From contig CANHQZ010000003.1 of assembly GCA_947463125.1 (NCBI GenBank), positions 26,483 to 90,482 on the forward strand: a stretch of DNA of 64,000 nucleotides, given 5' to 3'. This stretch comes from Flavobacteriales bacterium. Its GTDB lineage: Bacteria > Bacteroidota > Bacteroidia > NS11-12g > UBA955. The position numbers were made by a program, and so were the translations under genes. This document shows positions 1-8,910 of this stretch, piece by piece (positions within the stretch are counted from its first letter, which is position 1; each line of letters begins with the position of its first letter). The notes under the pieces are model-generated. The model did not search any database. It worked only from the letters and a program-made list of their open reading frames with translations, and was not told where the DNA came from.

Positions 1-141
1 GGCCAGGATACCGTTGTTACCTTTAAAGTCCCCTTTTTCGATGTGGGAGACATTGGCGCTGATATGAAACCCTTTAAAGCATCCGGCACCATTGTTTTCC
101 GCGCCGGACAGCAAACCGTAACCCTTAACCATAAACCCTGA
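1..141 (+). CDS. 3' end of an unidentified upstream gene (partial, 46 codons open to the window edge)
   Basis: Frame 1 is open from nt 1 to TGA at 139-141. That stop overlaps the next gene's ATG by 1 nt (TGATG). The tail has no recognisable motif. Confidence 0.3.
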   Translation, partial: GQDTVVTFKVPFFDVGDIGADMKPFKASGTIVFRAGQQTVTLNHKP

Positions 142-986
142 TGACCAGAATATTGTTTTTTATTCCTGCTTTGGCAGCACTGTTGCTGTTGCCGGTTTAT
201 TCCTGTAAGCAATCCGACCCGCCCGACAATAAAAACAGGGTCATTCGCGATTCTGGTGATATTGTGTTTTCCGGCTATGGCTGGAATATCAAATCCAGCA
301 CGGGGCCAGTGGGTCCGGGGCCCAATTATTTTAACGGCAGCGACAGCATGGTTTGGGTAGACAGTAAGGGATATCTGCACCTTCGCATTGCCAGAATTAA
401 CGGCAGGTGGCAGAGCAGCGAGGTTATCTGCACCGAGACTTCCGGATACGGAACCTATGTATTTTGTTTGGAAAGCGATGTGGCTACTTTTAATGAGCGC
501 GTGGTACTGGGATTGTTTACCTGGGATGACAATTCATTTCAGGAGCAGGCCAACAGCGAGGTGGATATTGAGTTTTCCAAATGGTTCAAGGCAGGCGACA
601 GCTCAACACTCACGTATTCTGTTCAGCCTGTAATTTTCGACAATCCCATTGCCTACAGTGAGCGGTCTTTCAAACCTGTGATGCAGGTAAGCAAACTAAA
701 ACAGCCAAGCACACACTTGTTTACATGGCGTGCCGATCAGGTTACATGGAATTCATACACAGGCTCGGTTTATCCTGGAGGCAGCCCTCTGGCAAGCTGG
801 GGTTTCAATCTGAACAATCCGGTAAGAACCAAAATTGAAGGGGGAAGGGTATCTAATCCCATCATTATACCAGCACCGGGTGCTACCACCCATGCCCGCA
901 TGAATTTGTGGCTGCTGAATGGCCTTCCGCCTTCTGATGGAAAGCCGGTGGAAGTGGTTGTACGCTCGTTTGAGTATATCCCTTAA
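141..986 (+). CDS. GH16-family glycoside hydrolase (beta-glucanase/laminarinase-like) lipoprotein
   Basis: Signal peptide with lipobox (LLLLPVYSC). GH16 catalytic signature E-x-D-x-E present as NSEVDIEFSKW. Size of about 280 aa is typical of a single GH16 jelly-roll domain. Confidence 0.75.
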   Translation: MTRILFFIPALAALLLLPVYSCKQSDPPDNKNRVIRDSGDIVFSGYGWNIKSSTGPVGPGPNYFNGSDSMVWVDSKGYLHLRIARINGRWQSSEVICTETSGYGTYVFCLESDVATFNERVVLGLFTWDDNSFQEQANSEVDIEFSKWFKAGDSSTLTYSVQPVIFDNPIAYSERSFKPVMQVSKLKQPSTHLFTWRADQVTWNSYTGSVYPGGSPLASWGFNLNNPVRTKIEGGRVSNPIIIPAPGATTHARMNLWLLNGLPPSDGKPVEVVVRSFEYIP

Positions 987-996
987 AAACAAAAAA

Positions 997-1013
997 GGAG
1001 GCACAAGGCCTCC
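997..1013. terminator. Short GC hairpin between convergent genes (possible bidirectional terminator)
   Basis: ggaggc-acaag-gcctcc, preceded by an A-run and followed by ctctttg. Lies between stop codons at 986 (+) and 1038 (-). Confidence 0.45.
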
Positions 1014-1037
1014 CTCTTTGTATATCAAACCAAATGA

Positions 1038-2705
1038 TTATTTGCTGTTGATGAAAATGCGCTCCTGGTGGCTGCCTTCTGCGGTATTGATAACAATCAG
1101 ATACATGCCGGGCTTAGCGCTGTTCAGATTGATTTCGGTGTTGATGGCTTTGCCGGAGAAACCTTTGCTGTAAAGTTTCTGACCCACTACATCAAACACT
1201 TCGATATTTCCTGAAGTCAGGTTGCTGAAGGAAGCAGAAACGTTGAAGCGTCCGCTACCTGGGTTGGGGAATACCTTCACGCCATTGGTTGCAATGGTAT
1301 TGTTGCCCGCAGTAGCGCAGCTAACACATTTTTCCCAGCAAACAGCCGGCATTGCAGAGTCGCCATTCACAACTCCAATGCGGTTGGTGAACTGACCAGT
1401 GGTTTTGGTGCAGCTTTCACCACCTGTAAATGTTTCTTTTGCAGCCCATCCATCAAGGGTAAACAGGTATTCAAATGTGTCTTTAGCATTGATGGGCAGG
1501 GTGATTTCGTATATCTTGTCGTTGTTGGCATCGGTCAAAGGATTGCAATTGCCGCACCAGCTGTTAAATGTGCCATTGATGTTTACAGTGGTAAACGTTG
1601 AAGTGTTTTTGCTCATGTCAACCTTAAAGGTAACATTGGCTTTGTCTTTTGTATTGGCGCAGCTAAGGCAAGATTCAAAACAAACGGCATCAAGCACTTT
1701 GGCACTTGTAATCTTCAGGAAGCGGTTGGTATACCCGGCTGTGGTTTTGGTGCATGAACTTCCTTGAGCCATTGTTTCTTTTACCCTCCAGGTGTCCAGT
1801 GTGAAAAGATATTCAATGGAATCCTGAGGCAAAGGCAGTTTTACTTCCCAAATGCCGTCCTTGTCAGAATCTGACATGGGGTTGCAGCTGCCGCACCAGC
1901 CGTTGAAACTTCCGTTTACAAACACACCGGTAAAAGATGCTCCTTTGTATTTGGTCATGTCAACCTTGAAGGTTACATCATTGGTGCACTCGCTACAGCT
2001 ACCCCAGCAAACATTGCTAAGTACCTTTGGTCCTGTTACTTTCAGAAAACGGTTGGTGAACTGACCAGTGGTTTTGGTGCATGTGCTTCCTGCGGTCAGT
2101 TTTTCATCGTCTTTCCAATTGTCTACTGTGAATTTGTATTCAATGGAATCCTGTGTGATGTCGAAAGTGCCGCTGAAAATTTTGTCGCCATCTGCGTCTG
2201 TTAGCTGGTTGCTGTTACCGGACCATCCGTTGAAGTTGCCCGAAACATATACATTGGTGTAGGTTCCGGTGTATTGTTTCATGTTCACATTGAAGGTAAC
2301 TGATTTGTTGTTTACTGGTGTACATGCAGAGCAGCTTTCGAAGCATACCTTGCTAAGGGCTATGTTGCCTGTAAGCTGCACAAAACGATTGGTAAAATTG
2401 CCGGTTGTTTTTGTGCAGGTGCTACCGGGTGTGAGGGATTCCTGTTTTGCCCAGTTGTCCATGGTGAATTTGTACTCGATAGAATCATCTGTGAGGGGAA
2501 AGGTACCTTCCCATACGCCATCTGCATCAGCGTCACTAAGAGCATTGCTGTTTCCTGACCAGGAGTTGAATGAACCACTTACATAAACCGTAGTAAATGA
2601 ACCGCCCGTGTAGTTGTTCATGTCTACTTTAAATGTAACCTGCTTTTGTGCCAGCAATCCTGAGAAGATGGCTCCAAGCATCAAAAAAGTAAAGATTTTT
2701 TTCAT
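1038..2705 (-). CDS. T9SS-secreted protein with four tandem Cys-rich carbohydrate-binding-like modules
   Basis: Signal peptide, then 4 x ~110 aa repeats (VTFKVDM..Y.G..T.V.V.GSFN.W.GN.N.L.D.D.D..W......DSIEYKFT.D.W...E....GS.CTKTTG.FTNRF......VC.ESCS.C). C-terminal ~86 aa T9SS sorting domain (VKVFPNPGSGRFNV...MYLIVINT...IFINSK). Confidence 0.8.
   Translation of the reverse strand: MKKIFTFLMLGAIFSGLLAQKQVTFKVDMNNYTGGSFTTVYVSGSFNSWSGNSNALSDADADGVWEGTFPLTDDSIEYKFTMDNWAKQESLTPGSTCTKTTGNFTNRFVQLTGNIALSKVCFESCSACTPVNNKSVTFNVNMKQYTGTYTNVYVSGNFNGWSGNSNQLTDADGDKIFSGTFDITQDSIEYKFTVDNWKDDEKLTAGSTCTKTTGQFTNRFLKVTGPKVLSNVCWGSCSECTNDVTFKVDMTKYKGASFTGVFVNGSFNGWCGSCNPMSDSDKDGIWEVKLPLPQDSIEYLFTLDTWRVKETMAQGSSCTKTTAGYTNRFLKITSAKVLDAVCFESCLSCANTKDKANVTFKVDMSKNTSTFTTVNINGTFNSWCGNCNPLTDANNDKIYEITLPINAKDTFEYLFTLDGWAAKETFTGGESCTKTTGQFTNRIGVVNGDSAMPAVCWEKCVSCATAGNNTIATNGVKVFPNPGSGRFNVSASFSNLTSGNIEVFDVVGQKLYSKGFSGKAINTEINLNSAKPGMYLIVINTAEGSHQERIFINSK
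1299..2645 (-). repeat. Four diverged ~330 bp tandem coding repeats (protein modules aa 21-133, 134-242, 243-356, 357-469)
   Basis: Module boundaries counted from the translated ORF. Repeats 3 and 4 have an extra Cys pair (WCGSC / WCGNC). Confidence 0.8.
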
Positions 2706-2728
2706 GTCTGTTTAAGTTTATTTAATAA

Positions 2729-2736
2729 CAAAGGTA
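2729..2736 (-). promoter_or_regulatory. Candidate Bacteroidota -7 promoter box (TACCTTTG on minus strand)
   Basis: Matches TAnnTTTG, 24 nt upstream of the ATG at 2705. Confidence 0.35.
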
Positions 2737-2936
2737 TAAAAACCATTCATATTGTACAAAAAACAATAAGATTATTGTTAAAAATACAATAAGCATCTTT
2801 CAAGTGCAGATTTCAAACGGTATAAATATCATTAAATCAACAAGATGAGTTTATGTGCGGTTTGATTATTTGTAAAAAAATGGCCTGAATGCGGAAGCCT
2901 GTTTAAGTTATTTAAGGCAACCTTACTACAAAAAGT

Positions 2937-3842
2937 TTATCGCTTTAAGGCTATTTGCCTGTAATCTCCGGTGTAGGCACCTACAACGCCATAACCACCG
3001 GGTATGTTACCTGTAATTCTTCCCGGCAGCTGGCTGATGCTTTGCTGTTGCCATATATGGGCATTGCGGGTATTGTAGAAATCAAAGAGGGGTTTGCTGA
3101 TATTTTCCAGATGAAATTCAATGCCTGTGGGCCTTTCAATGGCTGTTTTCTGTAGTCGGTCGGAGGTGTAAAAAACTATGTTTTTGAAAACGCCGTTGAA
3201 TGTTGCATCTGAGAAAATCACCTCTCGCGATGTATAATTGTTGAAATCGTTTTCAGCCGCAGCCAGATTATCGGAAAACAAGGCAATGATCTCTTTTTTT
3301 AGAAAGCTGTCACTGATTTTTCCTGTGTAGTCATAAATATATTTATAAGCGGTTTTATAAAGATAGCAGCGATAATAATTATTTTTTGTAGCATCATCAT
3401 TAAACCAAATGGAAACCGAAAACGCGCGCCCTATTCCGGGAATAAGCTGTCTGGTTGTGTCTAATATCTTTATTGGTGTATGGCCGGGAATAATTACCGG
3501 AATTTCAAAAGCTTGAATGCCTGCAACATTGCCCTTAAAAATCAGGGAATCATTTGCTCTTGTGGTATTAGAACTAAAACGGTGAATGCCATTTCCGATA
3601 TACAAGGCAGTATCCTGCTGATGACCTACCTTACTGAGGGAGAATTTAGCATTTGCCACAGGCACGTCTTTGCGTCCAAATGGAGCCGTAAGCCTGCAAT
3701 CTGCCGTCAAAATACTGTCGGGAGTAATAAAACAATGCACAGCAGGTGTCGGATCTGTTTTCATATCAGGATTGTAGGGAATCTCTTTCACGCAGGCGCT
3801 CAGGATAACAGAAAGGGCGATATGGAACAGGCGCTTTTTCAA
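2937..3842 (-). CDS. DUF4249-like lipoprotein, partner of the upstream TonB-dependent receptor
   Basis: Lipobox (VILSAC). About 300 aa. Its start overlaps the stop of the TonB-dependent receptor by 4 nt. This size and position are typical of DUF4249 partners of CarboxypepD_reg TBDTs. Confidence 0.6.
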   Translation of the reverse strand: MKKRLFHIALSVILSACVKEIPYNPDMKTDPTPAVHCFITPDSILTADCRLTAPFGRKDVPVANAKFSLSKVGHQQDTALYIGNGIHRFSSNTTRANDSLIFKGNVAGIQAFEIPVIIPGHTPIKILDTTRQLIPGIGRAFSVSIWFNDDATKNNYYRCYLYKTAYKYIYDYTGKISDSFLKKEIIALFSDNLAAAENDFNNYTSREVIFSDATFNGVFKNIVFYTSDRLQKTAIERPTGIEFHLENISKPLFDFYNTRNAHIWQQQSISQLPGRITGNIPGGYGVVGAYTGDYRQIALKR

Positions 3843-6478
3843 AAAGTAATTTTATAACTGATATTGGGCAATAAAGGCAACATGCTAACCTGATATAGTT
3901 TTCGGTTACCCAGCCGGTCAAAACCCGGGTTTATGTAGAACGGATTAAAACGGTTGTAAACATTGAAAACACCCAACGTCCAGTTCCGTACATATCCCTT
4001 GCGCTGTTTTTGCAGGGTAATACTGATATCGAGTCGGTGGTTATCGGCAGCACGGGCGTTGTTGCGGCTTCCATACACAAATATATCGCGATAAGGATCG
4101 TTGGGGGTGGGTGATCCATAGACCGCCACCGGCAGGGTGTATGCAAATCCGCTGTTGAAGGTCCAGGCAGCATTGATTTCAATATTGGATTTCCAGTGGT
4201 ATACGCCGGCTACGTATACATTGTGCCGTCTGTCATACCGGGCCGGGAAAGACTGACCGTTATTGAGACCGGCAAACCAGCGGTTGTTCCACATGAGGGT
4301 ATAAGCCACCCACCCGTTGAGTTTTCCGTTTGTTTTTTCAGCCAGTAGCTCAAGTCCATATGCCTCGCCGTTTCCTGCGGTAACGGCATCCTGCCAGTTT
4401 GCACCTGAGGTGACGTAGCCTGCGTTGTCTCTGTATTCCAGAATATGGCTGAAACTTCTGTAAAAAATTTCCGAGCTGAAAGCCCATCCTGTTTTGCTTT
4501 GGGCAAATCCCATGCTCAGCTGATTGGATTTGCCGGGTTGAAACCGGCGGTTGCTGGGAACCCATAAATCCCCCGGTAAACCCAGTGTAAGATTGGTAAG
4601 CAGGTGAAAGAACTGTCTGTTTCGGGTGGCCGATGCGTGCAGAAAACGGCTGTTTCCCAGCCTGTATTTAAGGTTTAGGCGGGGTTCCGGCAGGATGAAG
4701 TAATATGGATCGGGTAGTTTGAAACTTCCCAGACGCACGCCTGCAGAACCCGACCAGCGGCGTTTGCCACTATACTGAAATTCTGTATAAGTGAAGTATT
4801 CCGGAACATTCAGGCGGTCATCGTTGTATAGCAACTCGCTTTCAGTTTTATTAATGCGGCTGAATTGTTTTCTGTTCCCTGGTGTAAAGCGATGGTTGGA
4901 TAGTCCAAAACCCTGTTCCCACACCCATCCGGGTTTGATGCGCATCCGCATCTCCCAGGCGACTTCCATGTCCTGAATGCCGTTTTCCAGTTCATAGCGG
5001 GTGTAATCATCCACATTGGTTTGCGGGCTGAATTTGCTCTCCCTGCGGTATGAAAATTCGCGGCTGTATTCATACCTGTAGCGGGTGATATGGGCCCTCA
5101 ACAGCCATTCCAGACCGGTTCGGGCCTGATAATTCCATTTAATACCGGCTACGCGGTTTCCCCATCCTGTGAGCTGTTTTTTTCGCTCTTCAGTGCTGAT
5201 TTCCGGTTGTTCATTCACATAAGATTCGTTGAGTCCACCGATATCCTGTCCCCCGTAAATTCCGGCACTGATGCGACTTTTGCTGTTAAAACGGTGGGTT
5301 ACGCGCGCGTTCAGATCCCAGAAATAATATAGATTGCTGGGATTGATACTGTCGCTAAGATTGAGAAAAGTGGCGGCCTGTCCTGCCAGAAAATCAATAT
5401 AACTTCGGCGCATGGAAAGGGTAAAGGTGGTGCGGTCTTTCCAGATAGGGCCTTCCAGAAAAACACGCCCGGAAAGCAGACCCACATTGGCAATGCCATG
5501 AAACTGTCTTCTGTCGCCCTCTTTACTTTGAACCGAAATCACACTGCTCAAACGGCCACCATACCGGGCCGGAAAACTCCCTTTCAGCAACCTTGCGGAG
5601 CGGAGCGCATCGTCATTAAAAACTGAGAAAACACCAAAAAGGTGGTAGCTGTTAAATACCGGCACATCGTCCAGCAACACCAGATTCTGATCTGCTGCAC
5701 CGCCGCGCACATACATACCCAGCATGCCTTCACTGCCACCCACCACGCCAGGCAGCATACTCAGGGTGCGCACCACATCCGGCTCTCCGAGCAACTGGGG
5801 CATCCACCCCAGCCGTATGCGGTTCATTTCGTGCTGGTCCGTCTGGCCCTGAATGACCGATTGTAAACCGCGTCCTTTCAGTGCCTGAATATGCACCGCA
5901 TCCATTACCGTATTTTGCTTCAGCATTTCGTACTGCAGGTTGTAATCGCGGTCAATGCTCAGGGTATCAAAAATGGGGTTAAAACCCGGGTAGGAAATTT
6001 GCAGCACATGGATGCCGGGCAAAAGCCTCAGGCTGAAAAAACCGGCATCTGAGGTGGTTGTCATGAAGGGTTTTTCTGCGGTTCCGACCACCGCAGCACT
6101 GATATATTCACCATTTCCTGCGGATAGTATTCTGCCGGATACACGGTAACCCAATTCCGGATGCTGGGGCAGGCGCTTCTGCAGAAATATCTGTCCGTTT
6201 TTTGCCTCATAACGCAATCCTACCGAAGCAAGAAAATCATGCAAGGCCTGTGAGGCGCGCACATTTTGGTAGCTGAAACTAAATTTTTTGTTGCCTGCAG
6301 GCGCAATTGCCGCATCATACTGAACCGGCATGCCTGTGCGCTGCTCAAATCCGGCAATGGCCGATGAAAAAGAAACAGAAACGGCTGTGTAACTAATATT
6401 CATGGAAAGGCCTTTTTCCTGTGCCTGAAGATTGGTGCCTGCAAGCAGAAACAGAAAAAGGATGAAAGGGCCTCTCAC
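3839..6478 (-). CDS. TonB-dependent receptor with N-terminal STN-like and carboxypeptidase-regulatory-like domains
   Basis: Signal peptide. STN-like segment (SFSSAIAGFEQRTGMPVQYD...ALHDFLASVGLRYEAKNGQIFL). CarboxypepD_reg-like segment (YRVSGRILSA...). Plug region and a long beta-barrel ending in an aromatic residue (SYKITF). Confidence 0.85.
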   Translation of the reverse strand: MRGPFILFLFLLAGTNLQAQEKGLSMNISYTAVSVSFSSAIAGFEQRTGMPVQYDAAIAPAGNKKFSFSYQNVRASQALHDFLASVGLRYEAKNGQIFLQKRLPQHPELGYRVSGRILSAGNGEYISAAVVGTAEKPFMTTTSDAGFFSLRLLPGIHVLQISYPGFNPIFDTLSIDRDYNLQYEMLKQNTVMDAVHIQALKGRGLQSVIQGQTDQHEMNRIRLGWMPQLLGEPDVVRTLSMLPGVVGGSEGMLGMYVRGGAADQNLVLLDDVPVFNSYHLFGVFSVFNDDALRSARLLKGSFPARYGGRLSSVISVQSKEGDRRQFHGIANVGLLSGRVFLEGPIWKDRTTFTLSMRRSYIDFLAGQAATFLNLSDSINPSNLYYFWDLNARVTHRFNSKSRISAGIYGGQDIGGLNESYVNEQPEISTEERKKQLTGWGNRVAGIKWNYQARTGLEWLLRAHITRYRYEYSREFSYRRESKFSPQTNVDDYTRYELENGIQDMEVAWEMRMRIKPGWVWEQGFGLSNHRFTPGNRKQFSRINKTESELLYNDDRLNVPEYFTYTEFQYSGKRRWSGSAGVRLGSFKLPDPYYFILPEPRLNLKYRLGNSRFLHASATRNRQFFHLLTNLTLGLPGDLWVPSNRRFQPGKSNQLSMGFAQSKTGWAFSSEIFYRSFSHILEYRDNAGYVTSGANWQDAVTAGNGEAYGLELLAEKTNGKLNGWVAYTLMWNNRWFAGLNNGQSFPARYDRRHNVYVAGVYHWKSNIEINAAWTFNSGFAYTLPVAVYGSPTPNDPYRDIFVYGSRNNARAADNHRLDISITLQKQRKGYVRNWTLGVFNVYNRFNPFYINPGFDRLGNRKLYQVSMLPLLPNISYKITF

Positions 6479-6519
6479 GAGGTAAAATTAAATAAAAAAA
6501 GCCGAAGGGTGCGCCGAAC

Positions 6520-7287
6520 TTATTTTTTTTGACTGTCTGCGTAATCAAACACTTTTTTAAGCAACGCAGTGGTTCTTTCAACCGGATTGGAGCGGATGGC
6601 GTTTTCCTGCTGTTCTATTTCCTGAAACAGCGCTGTGGTGGCTTTTTCGGTCACATAGGCATTCAAATCGGGGTTGATATCCTGTTTGATTCCCAGCAGT
6701 GTTTTGTTGAGCGGCTTGTTGATTTCGCGGATGATGGGGTTCCAGTATTCGGTAATTTTCACGTCGTTCAGCGCCTGCTGGATAACAGGCTTGAATGCTT
6801 GTTGCAGTGCTGCTGTGGTGGTGTTTTGCAGATAACGTGTGGCCGCGCCATTGCCACCGCGTAAAATACCCATTGCATCGGCAAAAGACATGTTCAATAC
6901 GGCATCCCTGAAGATTGGCATGGCCTTTCCCATCGCATTCTCTGCACCGTCATTCATAGCCTTAATGGCTTTATCGAGTTGCCCGCCGATGGCGGCATTC
7001 AAAACGGCATTTCCGCGGATTTTGCTTTCCAGGTCCTGTATTTCCTTGGGCAATAAAATCTTTCGTGCGGCATTTTGAAAAAATGCACCGGGTTTGTTGA
7101 GCGAAGTGGTCCCTTTTCCAATCCCGCTGATGAGCGCCTCTTTCAGCCCGGATGCGGCTTCAGACTGCGAAGGAATGGGGTTTTCGGCTGTTGGTAGATT
7201 GATCTGTACAGGCAGTTGGCTGAGGGTATCGCAGGCGGGTAAAATCAGCATGCCGGCCAGCAGGGAGAGTAATATCCGTGAATGCAT
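6520..7287 (-). CDS. DUF4197-like lipoprotein
   Basis: Lipobox (MLILPAC). Alpha-helical Ala/Lys-rich sequence with a GLKEAL...G motif resembling the DUF4197 family. Confidence 0.6.
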   Translation of the reverse strand: MHSRILLSLLAGMLILPACDTLSQLPVQINLPTAENPIPSQSEAASGLKEALISGIGKGTTSLNKPGAFFQNAARKILLPKEIQDLESKIRGNAVLNAAIGGQLDKAIKAMNDGAENAMGKAMPIFRDAVLNMSFADAMGILRGGNGAATRYLQNTTTAALQQAFKPVIQQALNDVKITEYWNPIIREINKPLNKTLLGIKQDINPDLNAYVTEKATTALFQEIEQQENAIRSNPVERTTALLKKVFDYADSQKK

Positions 7288-7333
7288 ATGTTGTGTAAAT
7301 CAAAATTGATACCAAATTTCCCCGGGATTTGAA

Positions 7334-7831
7334 TCAGCGCACACTGCCTGAATCTTCCGGGAATGCAGGTGTTGCAGGCTCCTTGAAAACCCACCATTTC
7401 TGACCGATAAAATTTACTACCATTCCCACGCAGGTAGCGCCGATTACAGCAAGAAATTTGTCCAGTTTGATGGTGAAAAAGGGTTTTTGGACGGCCTGTT
7501 CGGTGTGCACAATAAGCATCTGAAATTCATTGTTGGGCAGCCATTGAAGGAATAGTTCGTTGGAAAGTACGTTCAGCAAACCACTGATGCTGTATAGCAC
7601 TATATAGCGGGTAAATCTTTTCGCATCGCGGTTGCTCTGTCCCCAGGTCCAGGTTTTGTTCAGGTAATAATTGAACATGGTGGAGGATACCGTACTGATG
7701 GATTTAGCCACGAAGGTGGGCATCCAGGGCAGCATGGTGAGGCCGTAGTAGATACTCAGATCCATTCCGAAACACAGGGCACCCACGATACCAAACTTGG
7801 TTAGCTCTATATAGGTTTCGCGGGAAATCAT
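7334..7831 (-). CDS. GtrA-family membrane protein
   Basis: About 165 aa with four predicted TM helices. N-terminus FGIVGALCFGMDLSIYYGL is typical of GtrA-like proteins. Confidence 0.7.
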   Translation of the reverse strand: MISRETYIELTKFGIVGALCFGMDLSIYYGLTMLPWMPTFVAKSISTVSSTMFNYYLNKTWTWGQSNRDAKRFTRYIVLYSISGLLNVLSNELFLQWLPNNEFQMLIVHTEQAVQKPFFTIKLDKFLAVIGATCVGMVVNFIGQKWWVFKEPATPAFPEDSGSVR

Positions 7832-7834
7832 GGT

Positions 7835-8731
7835 TTACAGTTGCTGAATCAGTTTTCCGTTTTCAAAAGTACAGTCGGCACCCATGAAGAAACAAGCATT
7901 TTTTGGCGTATGCCCTGAGGGGAAATTAAAAATTACCGGGTAACGATAGCCCGCAGTGGCATTTTGTATTATTTTTTTAGCTGTCTGTCCATAGGGGACA
8001 GTATTGTCTTTCATGTCGGTCATACCCCCGACAATCAATCCTGACAGGCTTTTTAGCAACCCGGCCCTTTTCAGTGCCATCATCATGCGGTCTATGTGAT
8101 AGAGATATTCATCCAGATCTTCCAAAAACAAAACAGCATTTTCGGTGTCGGGCTGCTCAGGGGTTCCCAGTGAAGCGTATATCAGACTGAGGTTCCCACC
8201 CAAAAGACGGCCTTTAAAGTGTATTTTATAATCTTCGATTGAATTGGTATTTTCTATCTCAACGTTAAGCCTGAACAATGCATGCTCAACCCGCGCGATG
8301 TTATCTTCTGTGAATTCATGCTGTATGCCCCAATGAATGGCCATAGGGCCGTGCAGGGTGGGTATTCCCAATTTGTTGAGATGCAGGTGCAATGTGGTGA
8401 TGTCGCTAAACCCAATCAGCCATTTGGATTTGGATTTCCAGTCAACATCCTCAAGTAATTCCAGCATTTGCACACAGCCATAACCACCCCGGGCGCAAAA
8501 GATGGCTTTGGTTTCAGGGTTTTGCCAGGCTTCACGCAGGTCTGAAGCCCGCTCTTCGGCCGTTCCGGAAAACTGGTTGTATCGACCGTAAAGGTGTTGT
8601 CCTTCGTGAAGGATTAGTTTTTTTGCATTACACCATGCCGTAAAAGCCTTCATTTCGGCCTTGCTTACAGCCCTTGCGGGCGCAATGAGGGCAACATGGT
8701 CGCCGGGTTTTAACGCGGTTAAGCTTCCCAA
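7835..8731 (-). CDS. ldcA: LD-carboxypeptidase (peptidase S66, muramoyltetrapeptide carboxypeptidase-like)
   Basis: About 300 aa. Nucleophile motif GFSDIT, and a conserved C-terminal FPSGH-type His motif (NFPSGHTPKN). Confidence 0.8.
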   Translation of the reverse strand: MGSLTALKPGDHVALIAPARAVSKAEMKAFTAWCNAKKLILHEGQHLYGRYNQFSGTAEERASDLREAWQNPETKAIFCARGGYGCVQMLELLEDVDWKSKSKWLIGFSDITTLHLHLNKLGIPTLHGPMAIHWGIQHEFTEDNIARVEHALFRLNVEIENTNSIEDYKIHFKGRLLGGNLSLIYASLGTPEQPDTENAVLFLEDLDEYLYHIDRMMMALKRAGLLKSLSGLIVGGMTDMKDNTVPYGQTAKKIIQNATAGYRYPVIFNFPSGHTPKNACFFMGADCTFENGKLIQQL

Positions 8732-8910
8732 TTCCTGATAATTTTTTCTGTTTCGGTAAGTTTTTTCAGCGATTTCTGAATGAGGTCCTTGGCCTCGTTA
8801 AGCGTGGCCTCCAGGTCATCAATGCCGATTTTTCCGCTTTCTAGGTCTTTCATGATGACTTCAAGGCGTTTTTTGGCTGATTCGTAAGAGAAAGTATCGT
8901 TTATGTTCAT
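8719..8910 (-). CDS. xseB: Exodeoxyribonuclease VII small subunit
   Basis: 63 aa product MNINDTFSYESAKKRLEVIMKDLESG...DDLEATLNEAKDLIQ is typical XseB. Its ATG overlaps the xseA stop (ATGA). The longer 212 aa ORF in the track is an upstream extension overlapping xseA. Confidence 0.85.
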   Translation of the reverse strand: MNINDTFSYESAKKRLEVIMKDLESGKIGIDDLEATLNEAKDLIQKSLKKLTETEKIIRNWEA

